A stretch of 64,000 bases of DNA from Blasia pusilla (Eukaryota), in NCBI GenBank assembly GCA_050084515.1, contig CM114271.1:7192001-7256000 (forward strand), in the 5' to 3' direction. The position numbers and the translations under genes are program-made. Below the pieces are notes generated by a model. That model saw nothing but the letters and a program-made list of their open reading frames with translations. It was not told the origin of the DNA and made no database searches. Shown here in pieces: positions 14,900-28,499 of this stretch. How positions within the stretch are numbered: the first letter of the stretch is position 1; the number at the start of each line of letters is the position of its first letter.

Positions 14900-17800
14900 C
14901 CTCTAGTTTGTTTTCGGAGGGGGTTGGGCCAGAAGTCTTAGATGAAGAAGGCAAATGAGAGTTCATACTAGGGGAAGCATTATCATGGATGGGAAGAGAA
15001 TTGATTACCATTAGTGGTAGTTTGAATGGGGGTTGTGGGGCGGATTCTAGTGGGGTTTGTCTCTTGAGTTTGATGGAGGGGGTAATGTTCTCTTCTTGGT
15101 GAGTGGTGTCCATGCCTCGACTCGCATCGGCCTCTTCGATAAGGGCCATGGGTTTTCCAGTCAGGATACAAAATGCCCTTGTTGTCCCGAATTCTTCACA
15201 CATTCAAGAATTTGGAACCACTTAGCGGCTAAACATCCTGACTTTGATAGATTTGGATGGGTGGTTCCTTCAGTCGATCATGGATGCTCATCGATGTTTC
15301 ATGCATCATCGCCCCTTCCTGAGGCATGGGAGTGGTTGAGGTCCCATCTTGGCAGCATCATAGGCCTCTTTGAGACCCATTTTCCTTGCCAGATGTTGTT
15401 TCATAGGATCCCCCATGCCATTCAGGATGAGCTCCGCCAGGCTCTCCTCCTTCCATTATATAGGATTGCACTTGATCCTTTGGATGAGCTCTCATGGTAT
15501 CTACTACTTCTCCTTCCACGATGGTATCTTCGTTATACCTAGGGGAGGGACGGTTGGCCATAGAGAGGTTGTGGCCCAATTACGGCATTTTCGAGGAGGC
15601 GATTAGGAGTCTGTGCAGAGCGAGTTTGTGGCATATGCTAGAGGTAGCATTTCACTTGGTTTCCCGATGGATGATCTTGTAGCGGCCACGTTGCAACGAT
15701 GTGGGACACTTGGACAAGCGGGATAGTACTCGCGAGCGGCTTGTGCGCTCTGCCCTATGGATATGGCTCCTCCTTCCGCTCTTACCATTGACGCCCTCCG
15801 GAGGCTACATCCTTGTCTTGCGGTTGACATTCGAGCTTTTTTACGTGACTTCCATCCTGACATGGTTTTATGCCTAGACCCATCCCTCTTTGCACGGGCA
15901 CTTGAGCGTTCCCCTAGGATAGCAGCCGGAGGGTTATCCAATATGATGTACGAACACCCTCGTTATTGCCTTACCCCCGAGGACTCTACTAGCAGCTTTT
16001 CCTAGTTGCTTTAGATTGCCTCTCACCTAGCTCAAGAGAGAGTGCCAACAGCAGTGGCCCAGGTATTGGGGACGGGGCAATTTTGGGCGCTGTCAAAGGA
16101 GGGTGGAGGGATCCGTCCCATCACCATAGGTGAGGTGCTCTTGCGGTTGGTGAGTTGCACTATCGCTTCGCAATTCAGTGAGGCTTTCCAGTCACATATG
16201 AGTTTGCACCACTTGGATTTGCCAAGCCAGCCGATTGTGAGGGTGAAGCCTTAGGTTCAAGGGCTTGTCTGGATATACATCATGAGTGGGCGGTTCTCCA
16301 AGTTGATGTGGAGAACATGTTCAACTCTATTTTTGGGGAAACTCTCTTCATGGAGTTGAGAGACGTTAGGGGTCCTATTGCGAGCCTGATTCCCTTTGTG
16401 CAGGCTCTCTATGGGCCCTCTTCCGCCCTCTATTTTCACCATGGTAGGTTCGAGGAGGAGGTCACGGTTTTGGAGTCTGCTATTGGGACTCGTCAAGGTG
16501 TTCCCTTGAGTGGTGCATTTTTTGCTTTGGCTCATTATCGAGCGGTTCTTTCTATAGTGGAGGCTTTCTTGGGTTGCATTTTCCCTTTGTTGGCCATGGA
16601 GACCCGGTCGTCCTTGCATTTTAGCACTTTTCACCACAGTTGGCCCGTGTTGGCCTCGCGTTGAAGGTGGGAAAGTGTAAGGCTTGGTCTCCATCAAGCC
16701 TGCCAGCTGATATTCATTTACCCAACGGATTCTTGACATCTGTTGGAGGGCTTTGTGTCTTGGGAGTCCTACTTGGGAGCCAAGACTTTGTATGGAGTTT
16801 TGTGGCGATGGCTCTTACCGAGGATCTTCTCCACATCGACCCTGTGGGGGTCTAGCCATATTTCTTCCTTGTATAGATCCTTTGATAGAAAGATCATGCA
16901 GACGTTTGGGGATTTATTAGGACAAGGCTCCTTAGAGTGCACCACAGAGAAGTTAGCTCAGAGATAGGCTTCTTGGCCAGTTGCCTTTGGTGGAATAGGT
17001 CTTATAGCGACTGAATTATTAGTGTCTTTGGCTTTTTTAGGGAGTTGGGCCACTGTAGCACCCCTCCTTTGCTCCCGATTTTTTGTTAGGGATAGACCAC
17101 TACTTTTAGAATATGTTTCTCAAGTTGAGGATGGTCTTTTCCCACTTCAATCTTCACTCACAGCTTGTAGAGACTCCCTTCTTGTTGAGGCTAGAGCATT
17201 TCGTCCCACTTTCTCTTCTCTAGTTACCTCTGGACTGTCTGGGCTCCAATCTTCTTTGATGGAAGCCCACTTTGAGGCAATTTTCAGAGCTATTATGTCG
17301 GATGAGAATATCCCCATGGAGGTTCGGGTCCGTATTCACTCTTGCTCCAGAAAGGGGGCAGGCTCATGGGTGGGGGCTCGCCCCCTCAACCTGGCTTTCC
17401 GCATTGCACCACTTTCCTATATTATAGCGATGTGATTTTGATTGGGCCTCCCCCAACCATCGGTGGTTGGTTCGACACTTTGTGAGTATCTTCGGAGTCT
17501 GGATCCACTTGGTGTGCATTTGGCACGTTGTCCAGTTGGGGATGAGAGGATACCCACTCACGATGCATTGCGGGATATTATGTTCTTTATTGCTCGGGAG
17601 AGTGGCTTCCATGTGCAGAGAGAGATAGGCACTACTCCATGCGGGATTCTCTTATCCGTGTTGATATGTACATGATACGGGAGTTTGAGGTGGTGTTAGC
17701 AGATGTTGTAGTGAGGGATCCTATGTGGGAGGCGGTGCGGGCCCAAGTGGTGGCACAAGGGGGATTGCTACAAATAGCAGCGGCGGTAAAGAAGATCCAC

Positions 17801-18165
17801 ATTTATATTCGACTTCATGATGCGTCCATCATCTCCAGTCAAGAAATGGGTTGTCCTTAGCCATTGCGATACTTTATTGTAGGCAACGGGTCTCCATAGC
17901 TTTGCAATGTGCCTAGGAAAATGGGCTTTTGCAACAAGCTCAGACGATTAGCGACGCCAATGCTAGAGATCCACTTAGTAGTAACCATAGTTTTATAGGT
18001 GTTTCTGATAATTTCTCTGCTGTTGGTGATTTTGGTCGTTAGGGGGGAAGCCCCATCAATCTCTTCGGGGCCGATTTCGGCCCACGGGGTTTTTTTTGCT
18101 CTCTCTGCCTAAACCCTAAACCCCCCATTCCCGATGGGTTTACCATCCAGTTTCTATTAAAGTTT
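14900..18165 (+). mobile_element. Degenerate non-LTR retrotransposon, CRE-like (RT + C-terminal restriction-like endonuclease)
   Basis: N-terminal C2H2 finger CPCCPEFFTHSRIWNHLAAKH; RT motifs GGIRPITIGEVLLRL, GTRQGVPLS, GLCVLGVLLGS (catalytic xADD region appears deleted near 16590); GAGSWVGARP; C-terminal CxxLxxLDPLGVHLARCPVGDERIPTHDALRD and RVD..VLADVVV. 5' end may extend to ~14300. Confidence 0.85.
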
Positions 18166-20444
18166 ATATTATACTCCCAAGTACCCTATTCACACATACA
18201 CTAATTTTTAATTCTTTGTTTAATAGTACAAGGAGGAGAAACAATCCTTAATGATGGCACATGCGAAATGGTCGAAAACATGTGTGAACGAAACTCACGA
18301 ACGAATGAAAATATTAATATCATTTCTTTCGAGAAAGGAAGAGCATTCTTCAGTAAACGAACAAAAAATAATTCGTTTTTAATGCGAGAAATCTAGAAAA
18401 TATAGATATCTTAATTTCTAAAATAAAATGAAATGAAAAGCGTTGGTGCTTAGCACTCGGCTTCGCACACTTGGAAAGTTGATCATGGTAGTTGCACCCC
18501 TTCTAATTTTAGGTCACGAGACTAAACTCCATTCTCAAACTCGTATCAACAAGCTAAATTGGAAAAGTTGCTCCATTCCTTAGATTTTTTTGTCGAATTT
18601 CCTGAGCGATTAAAAAGCGAAGGCCATAGATTGCCGCGGTATCACATTTAAGGGCAGGCAAGTGAGGGGAGAGTCCCAAAAGTTGGGGTTGAATTTGAAC
18701 ACGGATCTGTGCACCCGCACTCGATGACTCCGACTGCTGTTCTACCAGAAATTCACGATAACCTAAAGGCGGCTTTGTTATTTAGTTGCAAAATTAGTTT
18801 TTTACTACCTGCCCGAGGCCCCTGCCCGCTGATTGTACCGGGTCTCGAAATCAATGCAAAACCGCGGCAGTTTATGGCTTTCGATTAAAAAGTAGAAGGG
18901 AAAATTCTGACGATTAGAAAATGGATATGAAAATTTCCAATTTTGCCTTAAATTAAAGGAATGTGCACACGAAACGAGGGCCACCTTTACAAATATTCCC
19001 TTGAAACGGTAAGCTCTTCCAGAATAGCGACTCCGTTCGTGAAGCTGCGGCCCTCGGGGGTTTTCAAGGAAGGACTCGGACATTAACGTCAAAACCAAAT
19101 AAACGACCTTCCAAAACACCCTGTCATTCATCCATTCCCCGGAGATTAGCCGAGATTGTCACATGGGTCCTTACGGGCTCCCGTGCAGTTCGAAGCGGGA
19201 GGTCGCACGGGACTCGGTCGGACGACTATGGGTACTTTAAGTGGACGAGGGTACCCTATTGCAGAGACCCATGACATCCAGCGGGATGCCCAATGGAGGA
19301 AACGAATTCATATTATTATTGGTCCTTAGCCACAACAAGTATCTCTATGCCGCTGACACCTGTCCTCTTTAAGAACTCAGTCCCATACGACCAAAATGGA
19401 CGAGCGTGCCAGATGAAGGTCGGAGATATATAGGGAGGGGGAGGACCGGTATGAATTGTGCTGTGAACATTACTCGTTCATTCAATGAGGTCGTCTCATT
19501 CCGTGGCCGTGAGCCCGGGATGCTCACGGGTGACTTGTACGTACCCCTTTCAATCGCTTGGGGTCAATCTTGGCCAGCGGCGCAGCGTCATAACTTTGCC
19601 CTAAAACCCCAAGAGTGACCGCGATATATATCAGTCCCAACCAATGACGGAGGCCTCTATAAGTAGCAATATCGACAATAATCCCCGAAAATACCTGCCC
19701 CGTCCCATGGTAGGAAAACGCCGTAATTGTTTGTTTTTTCACGGAGCGGGCGAGACTCTCTGTAGCCTGCTCTGCGACGCCTTAATGTTTTGCTATTTCA
19801 CCTTCCAATAATCCGCCTCTTCGTCGTCCATGTAGGAGAACACGTGGGCCCTCCAGGTTGCAGATCGAACTCGGTCTGGTCCGGTCGTAATGAGGGGGTG
19901 CTGTCTCGAGGGAGAAAATGGAAATTAACCAATAAATGATATAATAGAATATGAAGGCGTCGCTTTATTGAAAAGTCACGAGAAAACAAACCAAAACGAG
20001 AGAGGTGGAAGTGGAATGTTTGGAATAAAAATGGCATACCAGACGCAGATCCCAACAACTCATCACTGAATTAGTCAATTAAATAATAGTTGCGTTGGAG
20101 AATGTGTTTTTCCTTCGGGGCCGGTTTTGTCTCAAAACTATTGCATTATCTTTTTCATGTTTTCCCAAATTATAAGGTAATTTTTCCTTCAACTAAACTT
20201 GATAATCAAAAACATTTCGGCATGAACCTTTGAAAAATCATTTCAAATGAGAAAGAATTTGGAAGATTTCATTAGGAACATTTTATTTTATTAAAAATAT
20301 TTATCATCAAATTTTATTTAAAAATAAATATTTCTAATTTCTAATTTTCTGCTTAGTAAAGGGAAAAATTAAAGGAGGGCTTCATTACGTGGCTTCGTGG
20401 AAAATTTCAAAGTGGAACTTCTTCATTGGCCATCAAAATGAGCT

Positions 20445-20484
20445 TAATAATATGATGATGATGAAGATCATCATCATATTATTA
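20445..20484. repeat. Perfect 18-bp inverted repeat with 4-nt loop
   Basis: TAATAATATGATGATGAT-GAAG-ATCATCATCATATTATTA. Confidence 0.85.
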
Positions 20485-20722
20485 TCATGGCCGATTACTA
20501 TAAAATGCCCTCAAGCTTTGACTTCAAGTCTTCCAAATTTTCCTTCAACTTGTGGTTTTCAAAGATAATTAAGTTTTTTAAATTTCTCTTAAAAAAATCG
20601 TGTTTTTTTTTCTAGTAAGAGAAGAGATATCACATGGTAGTACACTAATCCACAGTTCTCCTTTTATTTTGAGGGAATATTTTCGTACTAATTTGAGGTT
20701 GATGGGCACAATTGGGAATCAT

Positions 20723-21071
20723 CAGGATTGCACACTGATAAAGTTCGCCCCTAGGACGGACATGTTTGTGTGGGCTCGAGTACACGTGGCCCACACTTGA
20801 GCTCGCCAAGCCCGTAGCGGGCATTCAGGCTAGCCGAGCCGACACCGATTTTGTGGCCTGCACGGAGCCCACACATGGCATGCTATCCCCATTGGGCGGG
20901 CTCACGCCCGTAGGGCAGGCGGGCTCCGAGCCCGCGAGCCTGCCTAACGGGGGAATGGTCACGGGCCACAAAACTTGAGCAGGCTTAGCGGGCGGGCTCA
21001 GATGTGGGCCGCAGGTACCAGGGCGGCATGTTCATCCCATGGACGAACTTGTCCGTTTCCGTGCAACTTTG
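20723..21071. mobile_element. hAT-type MITE
   Basis: TIRs CAGGATTGCAC/GTGCAACTTTG; perfect 8-bp TSD GGAATCAT; GC-rich interior. Confidence 0.88.
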
Positions 21072-21627
21072 GGAATCATAGTTTGATCAACAGAAATACA
21101 TCAAATATTGATATTTAATCTTGCAAGAACAAATGATGACACTAGGGCGCAAGGTTTAGAAGAATATTCGGTATGGAAATTGGGATTTTTTTGGAAAAAA
21201 AGGAATCTTTGGATTTTTGGTATTCATGTAAATAAGAAAATAGTTGGCATGTCAATGTTGAGACGACCAATGGAAAATTTGGGATTGAATATTCCTGAAT
21301 TTTTAAAAAAAATAAAGATTTCATTTAGGAAAAATCTAACTCAAGAGTTAGATTGGTATCAACTTCAAATTAATGATAGAAAAACTGGAAGAATTATTAA
21401 TAAATTAAATTATAAAAAATCATCACTTGTAATTTTTGGGGTTTTTGCTCTATGGTGCTATGTCAAATTTGACTTTCCAACAAAAATTTTTTGTTTAGAG
21501 AGTCCTCCATTGTGACAAAATTTTCCACATATTGATATAATTGTGAAATTTTTAAGAACAATGGGGCTTTATTATTCAATATTTTCAACTCTTGTTGGAC
21601 TTACCGCTTATTTCTCATAGTTGAAAG

Positions 21628-22284
21628 CAAGGTTGCATGAAAATAGACAAGTCTGTCCATGGGACGGACATGTCCTCGGACATGCCCGGTTCGCACCCAT
21701 GCCCGCACCCGAGCCCACCTCGGAGCCCGCCACCTAGACTCGGGTTGACGCAGCCCACACCCGTTGCGTGGCCCGCATGGGGAGCACTGGGCGTGGGCTC
21801 AAGATGGGCAAGGGCGGGCAGGGGCAAGCTTGAGGCAGGCTAGGGCGGGCAAGCGCGGGCTCAAGGCAGGCAAGCACGCGCTAGGGCAAGCAAGGATGGA
21901 CTAGGGCAGGCAGACGTAGACACAGGGCGGGTCGGGCGCGGGCTAGGGCAAGTAGGGACAAACTAGGGCGCGTCATGCATGCTCAGTGCGGGCGGGCACA
22001 GGCTCTAGGTGGGAAGGTGCGGGCACACGTGGGCTTGGGGCAAGCAGGCAAGTGTGGGCTCCGGGCGTGCAGGCGGGGGCTTGAGGCCCGCCCTGAGCCC
22101 GCATGCGAGCCTCGAGTCCGCACCCAGAGCCCGTACCCAGAGCCCGCATCAAGCCCGCCCTAGCCCAAGGTACGGGCCACACAATAGATGCGGGCTCTTG
22201 GCGGGCTCGGGTGCGGGGCCCAAGTGTCTGGGCCCACACGGACATGTCTGTCCACGGGACGGACTTTGTCCGTGTGCAACCTTG
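21628..22284. mobile_element. hAT-type MITE
   Basis: TIRs CAAGGTTGCAT/GTGCAACCTTG; subterminal GGACAAGTCTGTCC/GGACGGAC motifs; flanks GTTGAAAG/GTTGAGAC (6/8). Confidence 0.82.
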
Positions 22285-23121
22285 GTTGAGACTCCAAGGC
22301 TTGTCACTATCATCTTGTTTATTATTTTCTACCCTTCCATTTCCCTTAATAAGCATTATATCCCAAACCCATATCTACTGTACTTCCAAGATTAGCCACA
22401 TACTTCACACATTTTAGTTGCTACCATTTATCCATGTCGCATAACTTGCTTTTGAAAAGTGAATTTAAAATACGTAATCAATGAATTCAAGTATTTGATG
22501 AATATTTATAAAGTAGACATTCTAATAAATTTTTTTTGCATTTTTTAGTCAAATTTCCACAAAATAAACGATACTTCCCAAAATTTATAAGAAACTCTTT
22601 GTTATTAAGTATCATTAATAATCTCCACTCTCTAGTAATAGATTTAATCTCTTAAAAAAGTATCACCATGTTGATTTGGAAATATCCTCTCCCTCCCTTG
22701 GAGTCCCTTGCCCACACTTCTTAAAGCGATGCATTTTCTCCCCTTTTCCTATTTGGAAAGAAAAACTCTTCCTCTCTCATTTGGTCACACCTATTTAAAA
22801 AAATAGTTTTTTTTTAAATTACACCTTCTGCTTACATTATTGTAAATAATATCAATAGAGTTAGTGAGCAATAAAATCCTATTTCATAAATTTGACAAGT
22901 TTATTTTGATACTACAGAAAGATTAACTACAAACATATGTAGCTATCTTATAGAAAAATTGTCCAAAACAATAAGAGGCAATCATAATGAATTATATGTC
23001 AATGTAGGAAAATTTTATGCAAGCTAAAAAACTCATGCGCCTACGCATGTCTCTTGCATCCCAAGATTCCTGCCCTGATAGTCCCCCCTCCCTAGGACAT
23101 CAAACTAAGAAGAGATGTCAT

Positions 23122-26100
23122 TATTGAAGATTGAGTTATAATCAAGCTCATGAAACACTTGAACTGTTATATTTGGTACTCACATGAAGTAGAGGAGCTT
23201 AATCTTGGTTAGTCAGTTAAAGGTGATTATCTTAACTAGGGTTAGTTAATCACAATTAGTCTAACTCGAGACTACGATTAGGGTTAGGGTTGCTTGTACA
23301 TACCCTATATAATTGAGAAGGGGACCAACCTCCACTCATTCTCTCATTATAAATTTCGTTCTCCATGGTGGTGTGTGTGTGTGTGAGAGCCGTTTTCCAC
23401 CAATTATGCTTGTTTAGCAGTTTTCCACATGGTATCAGAGCGATAAGAGAACATCACTTGAAATTCTTGGTGTTTGAGGAGAGAAGAGAGGCAAGAGAAG
23501 GAAAAATTTCAGTTTGGGAGAAGGAAATTTTATTCTGAGCTCAGTGGGTGCAAATTTTAGGTGGAGCTTTGATGGTGATAAAACTTTGGAGGCATTTTGA
23601 GGGCTCTTTCTCGATCGGTTTAGTCGTCGGAGTCCGCAAAGGCTATAAAGATGCCTAAGGCAAGTTATAGACGTATTTTATAGCTCGTCAATAGCTTTCC
23701 AACGCATCCAAAATTGCCTGATTTTGACATTTTGAGCTCCTGCAGTAGCAATTTTAGTGTAGGAAAGTGCAATTAGTGAAGAAAAGTTGTGCAGTTTGCT
23801 CTGTACATACCAATCTCGACTAGTTCTTTCATACAATTGATCAATTTTGGCAAATTTCAAGTCAATTTCTGTGTATGAGTGGTCTATGCTTCAATTGGAA
23901 CAGTAGAAAGCATAAAGTAATGTTTTTTTGTGCGTGAAATTGTTCGTCATGGAGTATTCCTCAACAGCAATCACAGGCGAGAAGCTAGATAAGAAGAATT
24001 ACAACGTCTGGAAGTTTCGCATGAAACAATTTCTCATGGGTCAAGAACTATGGGATCTTGTCACAAGTGATGAGGCCAAGCCAGAAGGTGATTTAACATA
24101 CTAGAATGTTCGCGCCTAAAACAAACGCGCAAGACAAGTAATCCACTACATTTCAATAACGATCAGTTCGCCAATGATAGGTCACATTCAAGATGTTGAT
24201 ATTCCGAAGGAGGCATGGGATGCATTGGAAAAACTGTTCCAAACATCTACAAAGGCCACAAAACTTCAATTGAAACAACAATTGAACGAAGTGAGGAAAG
24301 GATGGCAGAGTATCAATGATTATATTTTGAGTATCAGACATATTGTTGATCAGTTGAATAACATTGGGGTGAAAATAGAAGATGATGATATGATTTTATT
24401 CACTCGTCAAGGCCTTCCAAAGGATTACAATTCCTTTGAGATCTTCATCTCTGGGAGAGAGAAGTATCCAACCTTTCAAGAGTTAGTTCCTCTGTTAATC
24501 AGTGAAGAGATGCGCCTAGTAGGCAGCGGTAGATCGTCTAGCCTACAAGAGAGTGCGTTATTTACAGGTTATGGATCAAATAGAGGCAGGGGTCGTGGTA
24601 GAAACTTCCGTGGTCATGCTGGATATCACGCATATGGAGGAAGAGGCACTCAATATGACGTCGCACAATCAACTACGAACCAGTACCACACACAATCATA
24701 AGGCAGTGATGGTGGAAACCGCTAGGGTCGAGGTCAGCAGTTGAGGGTCCCTGGATCTTGCAATTACTGTGGGATAAAGGTTCACTATGCAAATTTTTGC
24801 TTCAAGAAGAAGGCAGATATGAGAACATGAGCCTTATAGCAACAAAACTATGTGGAACACCAACACCAAGAGCAATACCAAGAACAAAAAAATTCATAAA
24901 CGGAGCATCTCTTGGTCATGACTCATCATATGGGAGCAATGGTCAAGAAAGACTCGACAACAGATTGGTACATTGACTCTGGTGCATGAAATCACATAAC
25001 CTCACAAGCTAAATGGTTCAGTAGTTTGGAGCCGGTGAAAGATCCTGCAATTGTGCTCATAGGAGATGACACTCAACATCATATCACGCATATCGATAAA
25101 GTTCCAATAGCATCAGATGTCTTTGTGCTCTTGGAAATGTTCTCTATGTTCCTAGCATTACAAGAAACCTGATCTCTGTAGGACAGATAGTAGAACAGGG
25201 TTATCAAGTGAAGTTTAACGGAGATGGTTATTTCATTGAAATAATGGATGACCATACTACAATAGCCCAAGGAACTAGATCTAGCAGAATGTTCAAATTA
25301 GATGTTTCTATGCCAGAGATTCAAAGAGCAATGTATGGTCAAACCGGCCAACAAGTCATATATCTAAATGTGTGGCATAAAATAATTGGACATATGAATC
25401 TTCAAAGATTACAGAGTCTTTCATAATCCAATATAATAATATGACTCCCTAAATTAGCGAGTCTTGCTACGTTAGAGGTATGTCCCGCTTGCCAATTTGG
25501 AACACAAGCTAGATTTCCTTTTCCAAAGCAAGGTAGAAGAGCATCCAGGATATTGGAGTTGATCCACACTGATGTGTGGACAACATCACAACATAGCCTT
25601 AGTGGTTGCTACTACTTTATTTCATTTATTGATGACTTCTATAGATATATATGGATATACTTTTGGAAGCCAAATGAGAAGTATTCTCAATGTTCCAAAC
25701 ATTCAGAGTTCTAGAAGAGAAGCAGATTGGAGAACACATTATAAAATTGTGTTGTGATGGAGGAGGACAGTATCTTTCAACAAAGTTTGATGACTATTTA
25801 CGTCATAATAACATCCAACGTCAAGTGACTTGTCGTTACACTCCAAAAAAAAATGGAGTGGCTGAGAGGAAGAATCAACATATTGCTGAAGCGACACGAG
25901 CTATGCTGAATGAGAAGAACATGCCTAAAGTGTATTGGGCAGGGGCTATAGCATGTGCAGTCTTCTTAATCAAACGAACTCCAACAGCACAAGTTCATGA
26001 TAAAACTCTATTCAAAGTCTTTATAGGAAGTAAACCTGATTTTTCCTTCTTTAAAGTATTTGGCTGTATTTGTTATGCTCATGTTCCTTCTGAGAGACGT

Positions 26101-26876
26101 CAAAAATTAGACCCCAAGTCTGAAAGATGTATCTTCATTGGCTATGATGATGGAACTTAGGAATATAAGTGCTACATTTCATCCTCTAGGCAGCTTATTA
26201 TTAGTCGGGATGTTTTCTTTGATGACCTAAAGTCATGGTATGCTCCATCTGAGCCGATTCCACCTCTAAACTCGTCTGTTGAGGGGGAGAATATGAGTGT
26301 AAACCAACAGACATTGTCTTCAACTTCCCCAAGTACTAGTGCAGGATTAGGAGAGGTCCTAGATTCATCAGTTAAATCTGTAAGTCCATGGACGAGAAAA
26401 GTACATATTTAGTCTGTTGACACTAGTCAAAGCTCGAGTCAAGTGTCAGAGGCATCTACCTCTGAACAACAACTTCATATATCAAGTAGAGTTACGCATC
26501 CAGTTCATGGATTCATAAATGAAGATTTCATGTCGACACATCATGCATATATGATGACTACCCTTCAAGAGCAAGAGCCGAGTTGTTTTGAAGAAGCTGC
26601 AAGTAAAGCCGAATGGATTGAAGCTATGTGAGGCGGTTTGGCTTCATCGATTACTTGTTGAGATTTGTGTTAGTAACTTAGGATCTAGTGTAATATATAC
26701 ATACAATATAAGTAGCATCAAGCTTGCTAATAACCATGTGTTTCATGCTCGTACAAAGCATGTTGAGATGCACTATCATTTTATCAGAGAGAAAGTGCCT
26801 GGAAGAGAAATAGATCTTGTGTATATAGGTACAGATCAGCAAATTGTTGACATCTTTCCAAAGGCATTGTCGAGAT
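23122..26876 (+). mobile_element. Ty1/copia LTR retrotransposon copy C; RT deleted, 3' LTR missing
   Basis: 5' LTR 23122-23429, PBS TGGTATCAGAGC 23430-23441. gag, protease (WYIDSGA) and integrase similar to copy A. EWIEAM is fused directly to RNase H (CEAVWLHRLL) at 26626-26628; homology stops at ~26876. Confidence 0.92.
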
Positions 26877-27099
26877 CATAAAAAGCTCTAACACATGACA
26901 CCTCTTACCTCATGTTAATATAGGGTCAATTTTTGGCTCCCAAATATCCCTCGTGAGTACATCCATTGATGATGATGGCAATGATGCCACTATTGGTTAT
27001 AGCATAGCAACCTTTGAAGGAAAGCTTCCTTGCTCCCCCACCATAGATTCTAACCTAAGCTCTCAACTAGCATTTCTCATAGCCCATGTTATTTCTACT

Positions 27100-27480
27100 C
27101 AATTATTCTTCAAAGTATAATTTAAAGTCACTCTCCTTTTATATCATATTTGTAAGGAAGACATCAAACTTACTAAAGAAAAACTTTCCTCCTCCATCTA
27201 ATCTTGATTGAGAATGTACTATCTAGATTGCTTCTCAGTCATATTCTTGAGATTTTAGAACATCTTAAATATTTTGAGTTGTGTTTCAAGAAGGATGCCC
27301 ATATATTTTCTTCTAGAAAAATCACCAATAAGGATATGTAGTATCATAGCTAGCCGAAAAGCTAAGTAGAGTTCTATAATATCGACAACATAGAGAGTCA
27401 ACCGATTATTAAAACTTCTATTTGGTCTTAACTCTGTCTTGAGTGGTTGGATGAGGTTTGCCACATATCTCTTGTTTTTG
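27100..27480 (-). mobile_element. Highly decayed copia-like RT fragment
   Basis: Minus strand near 27300-27330 reads roughly LIGDF.LEENI, resembling FLNGDLEEEIYM; weak. Confidence 0.3.
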
Positions 27481-27999
27481 GATCATTATTTAGGAAAACC
27501 TTCTCTTTTGCTATTTTGGGTAAGGTGACCCGTTAATCGAGTCAATATTTATCTCATAACTTGTTTGTGCACTTTACCATTTTGGGCTATTTTGGGGAAA
27601 GAGCTCTTTTGGCTCTTCACAAGAGTGTTAAGATAAGGAAGATGGGGTTCAATAGCCATCTTTCACATATTGAGCCTTTGGAGCACTCATCTTTTTAGGG
27701 TTTGGTAGAAACTTAGATATTAGAATCTAAATGCTCTAATGGCAAAAAGAAGATGTGGCTCGATGTGCATATGTAGATTCCATAGTGGATTTGGCCATGT
27801 GAGTTATTTTTACTTTGATTTTTTTGTATGGTCTTGGTGTATGTGTATGAGTGTATTTTGGTTTAGGTGTGGATCTATCAGCATGTTAGGACTATCAATA
27901 TTTTTTTGGTGGATGTGAACGATCTGGATTGTGTAGCAATCAATTAAAAGTATGCCCCCTCTTCAAGGACTACATTCAAAAGACCCTTAACTTGTCACC

Positions 28000-28430
28000 A
28001 TGTTAGAGTTTTGTAGTGTCTTGAATCTTTGATTGTTAATGTATCATGTCCTCTTCTGCCCAATGTTCTAACTTTTGATCACTTTATCCCTATGTTGTTG
28101 CTTCTATAAATGGAATTATACCATTTGGTCTCAATATCAATATGTTAGAGTTTTGCGCACTCTATAATCTTTGATTGTTAATGTATCATGTCCCCTTATG
28201 CCGAATCTCCCAATATTCTACCTTTTCATCACTTTATCCATATATTGTTGCTTCTACAAATGGAATAATATCATTTGGTCTCAGTATCAATATGTTAGAG
28301 TTTTGCACTCTCTTCAATCTTTGATTGTTAATGTGTCATGTCCTTTTATACCCAATCTCATAATCTTCCACCTTTTGATCACTTTATCCATATATTGTTT
28401 CTTGTACAAATGGTATGATATCATTCAATC
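28000..28430. repeat. Three-copy tandem repeat, ~141-150 bp period
   Basis: ATGTTAGAGTTTTG...TCTTTGATTGTTAATGT.TCATGTCC at ~28000, 28142 and 28292. Confidence 0.8.
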
Positions 28431-28499
28431 TGAATATCCTACGAAATCTCAAACTTCCCCTCGTTACTATGAAATAGATAGTTATATTTTCAATAAAGG

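Noticed and set aside
19379-19620. snRNA gene behind a USE-like GTCCCATACG plus TATATA
   Set aside because: Downstream sequence matches no snRNA, 7SL or MRP 5' end I recognise, and the USE match is imperfect.
21615-22417. Overlapping ORFs of 60-128 aa on both strands
   Set aside because: They lie in the GC-rich, stop-poor interior of a MITE and show no protein motifs.
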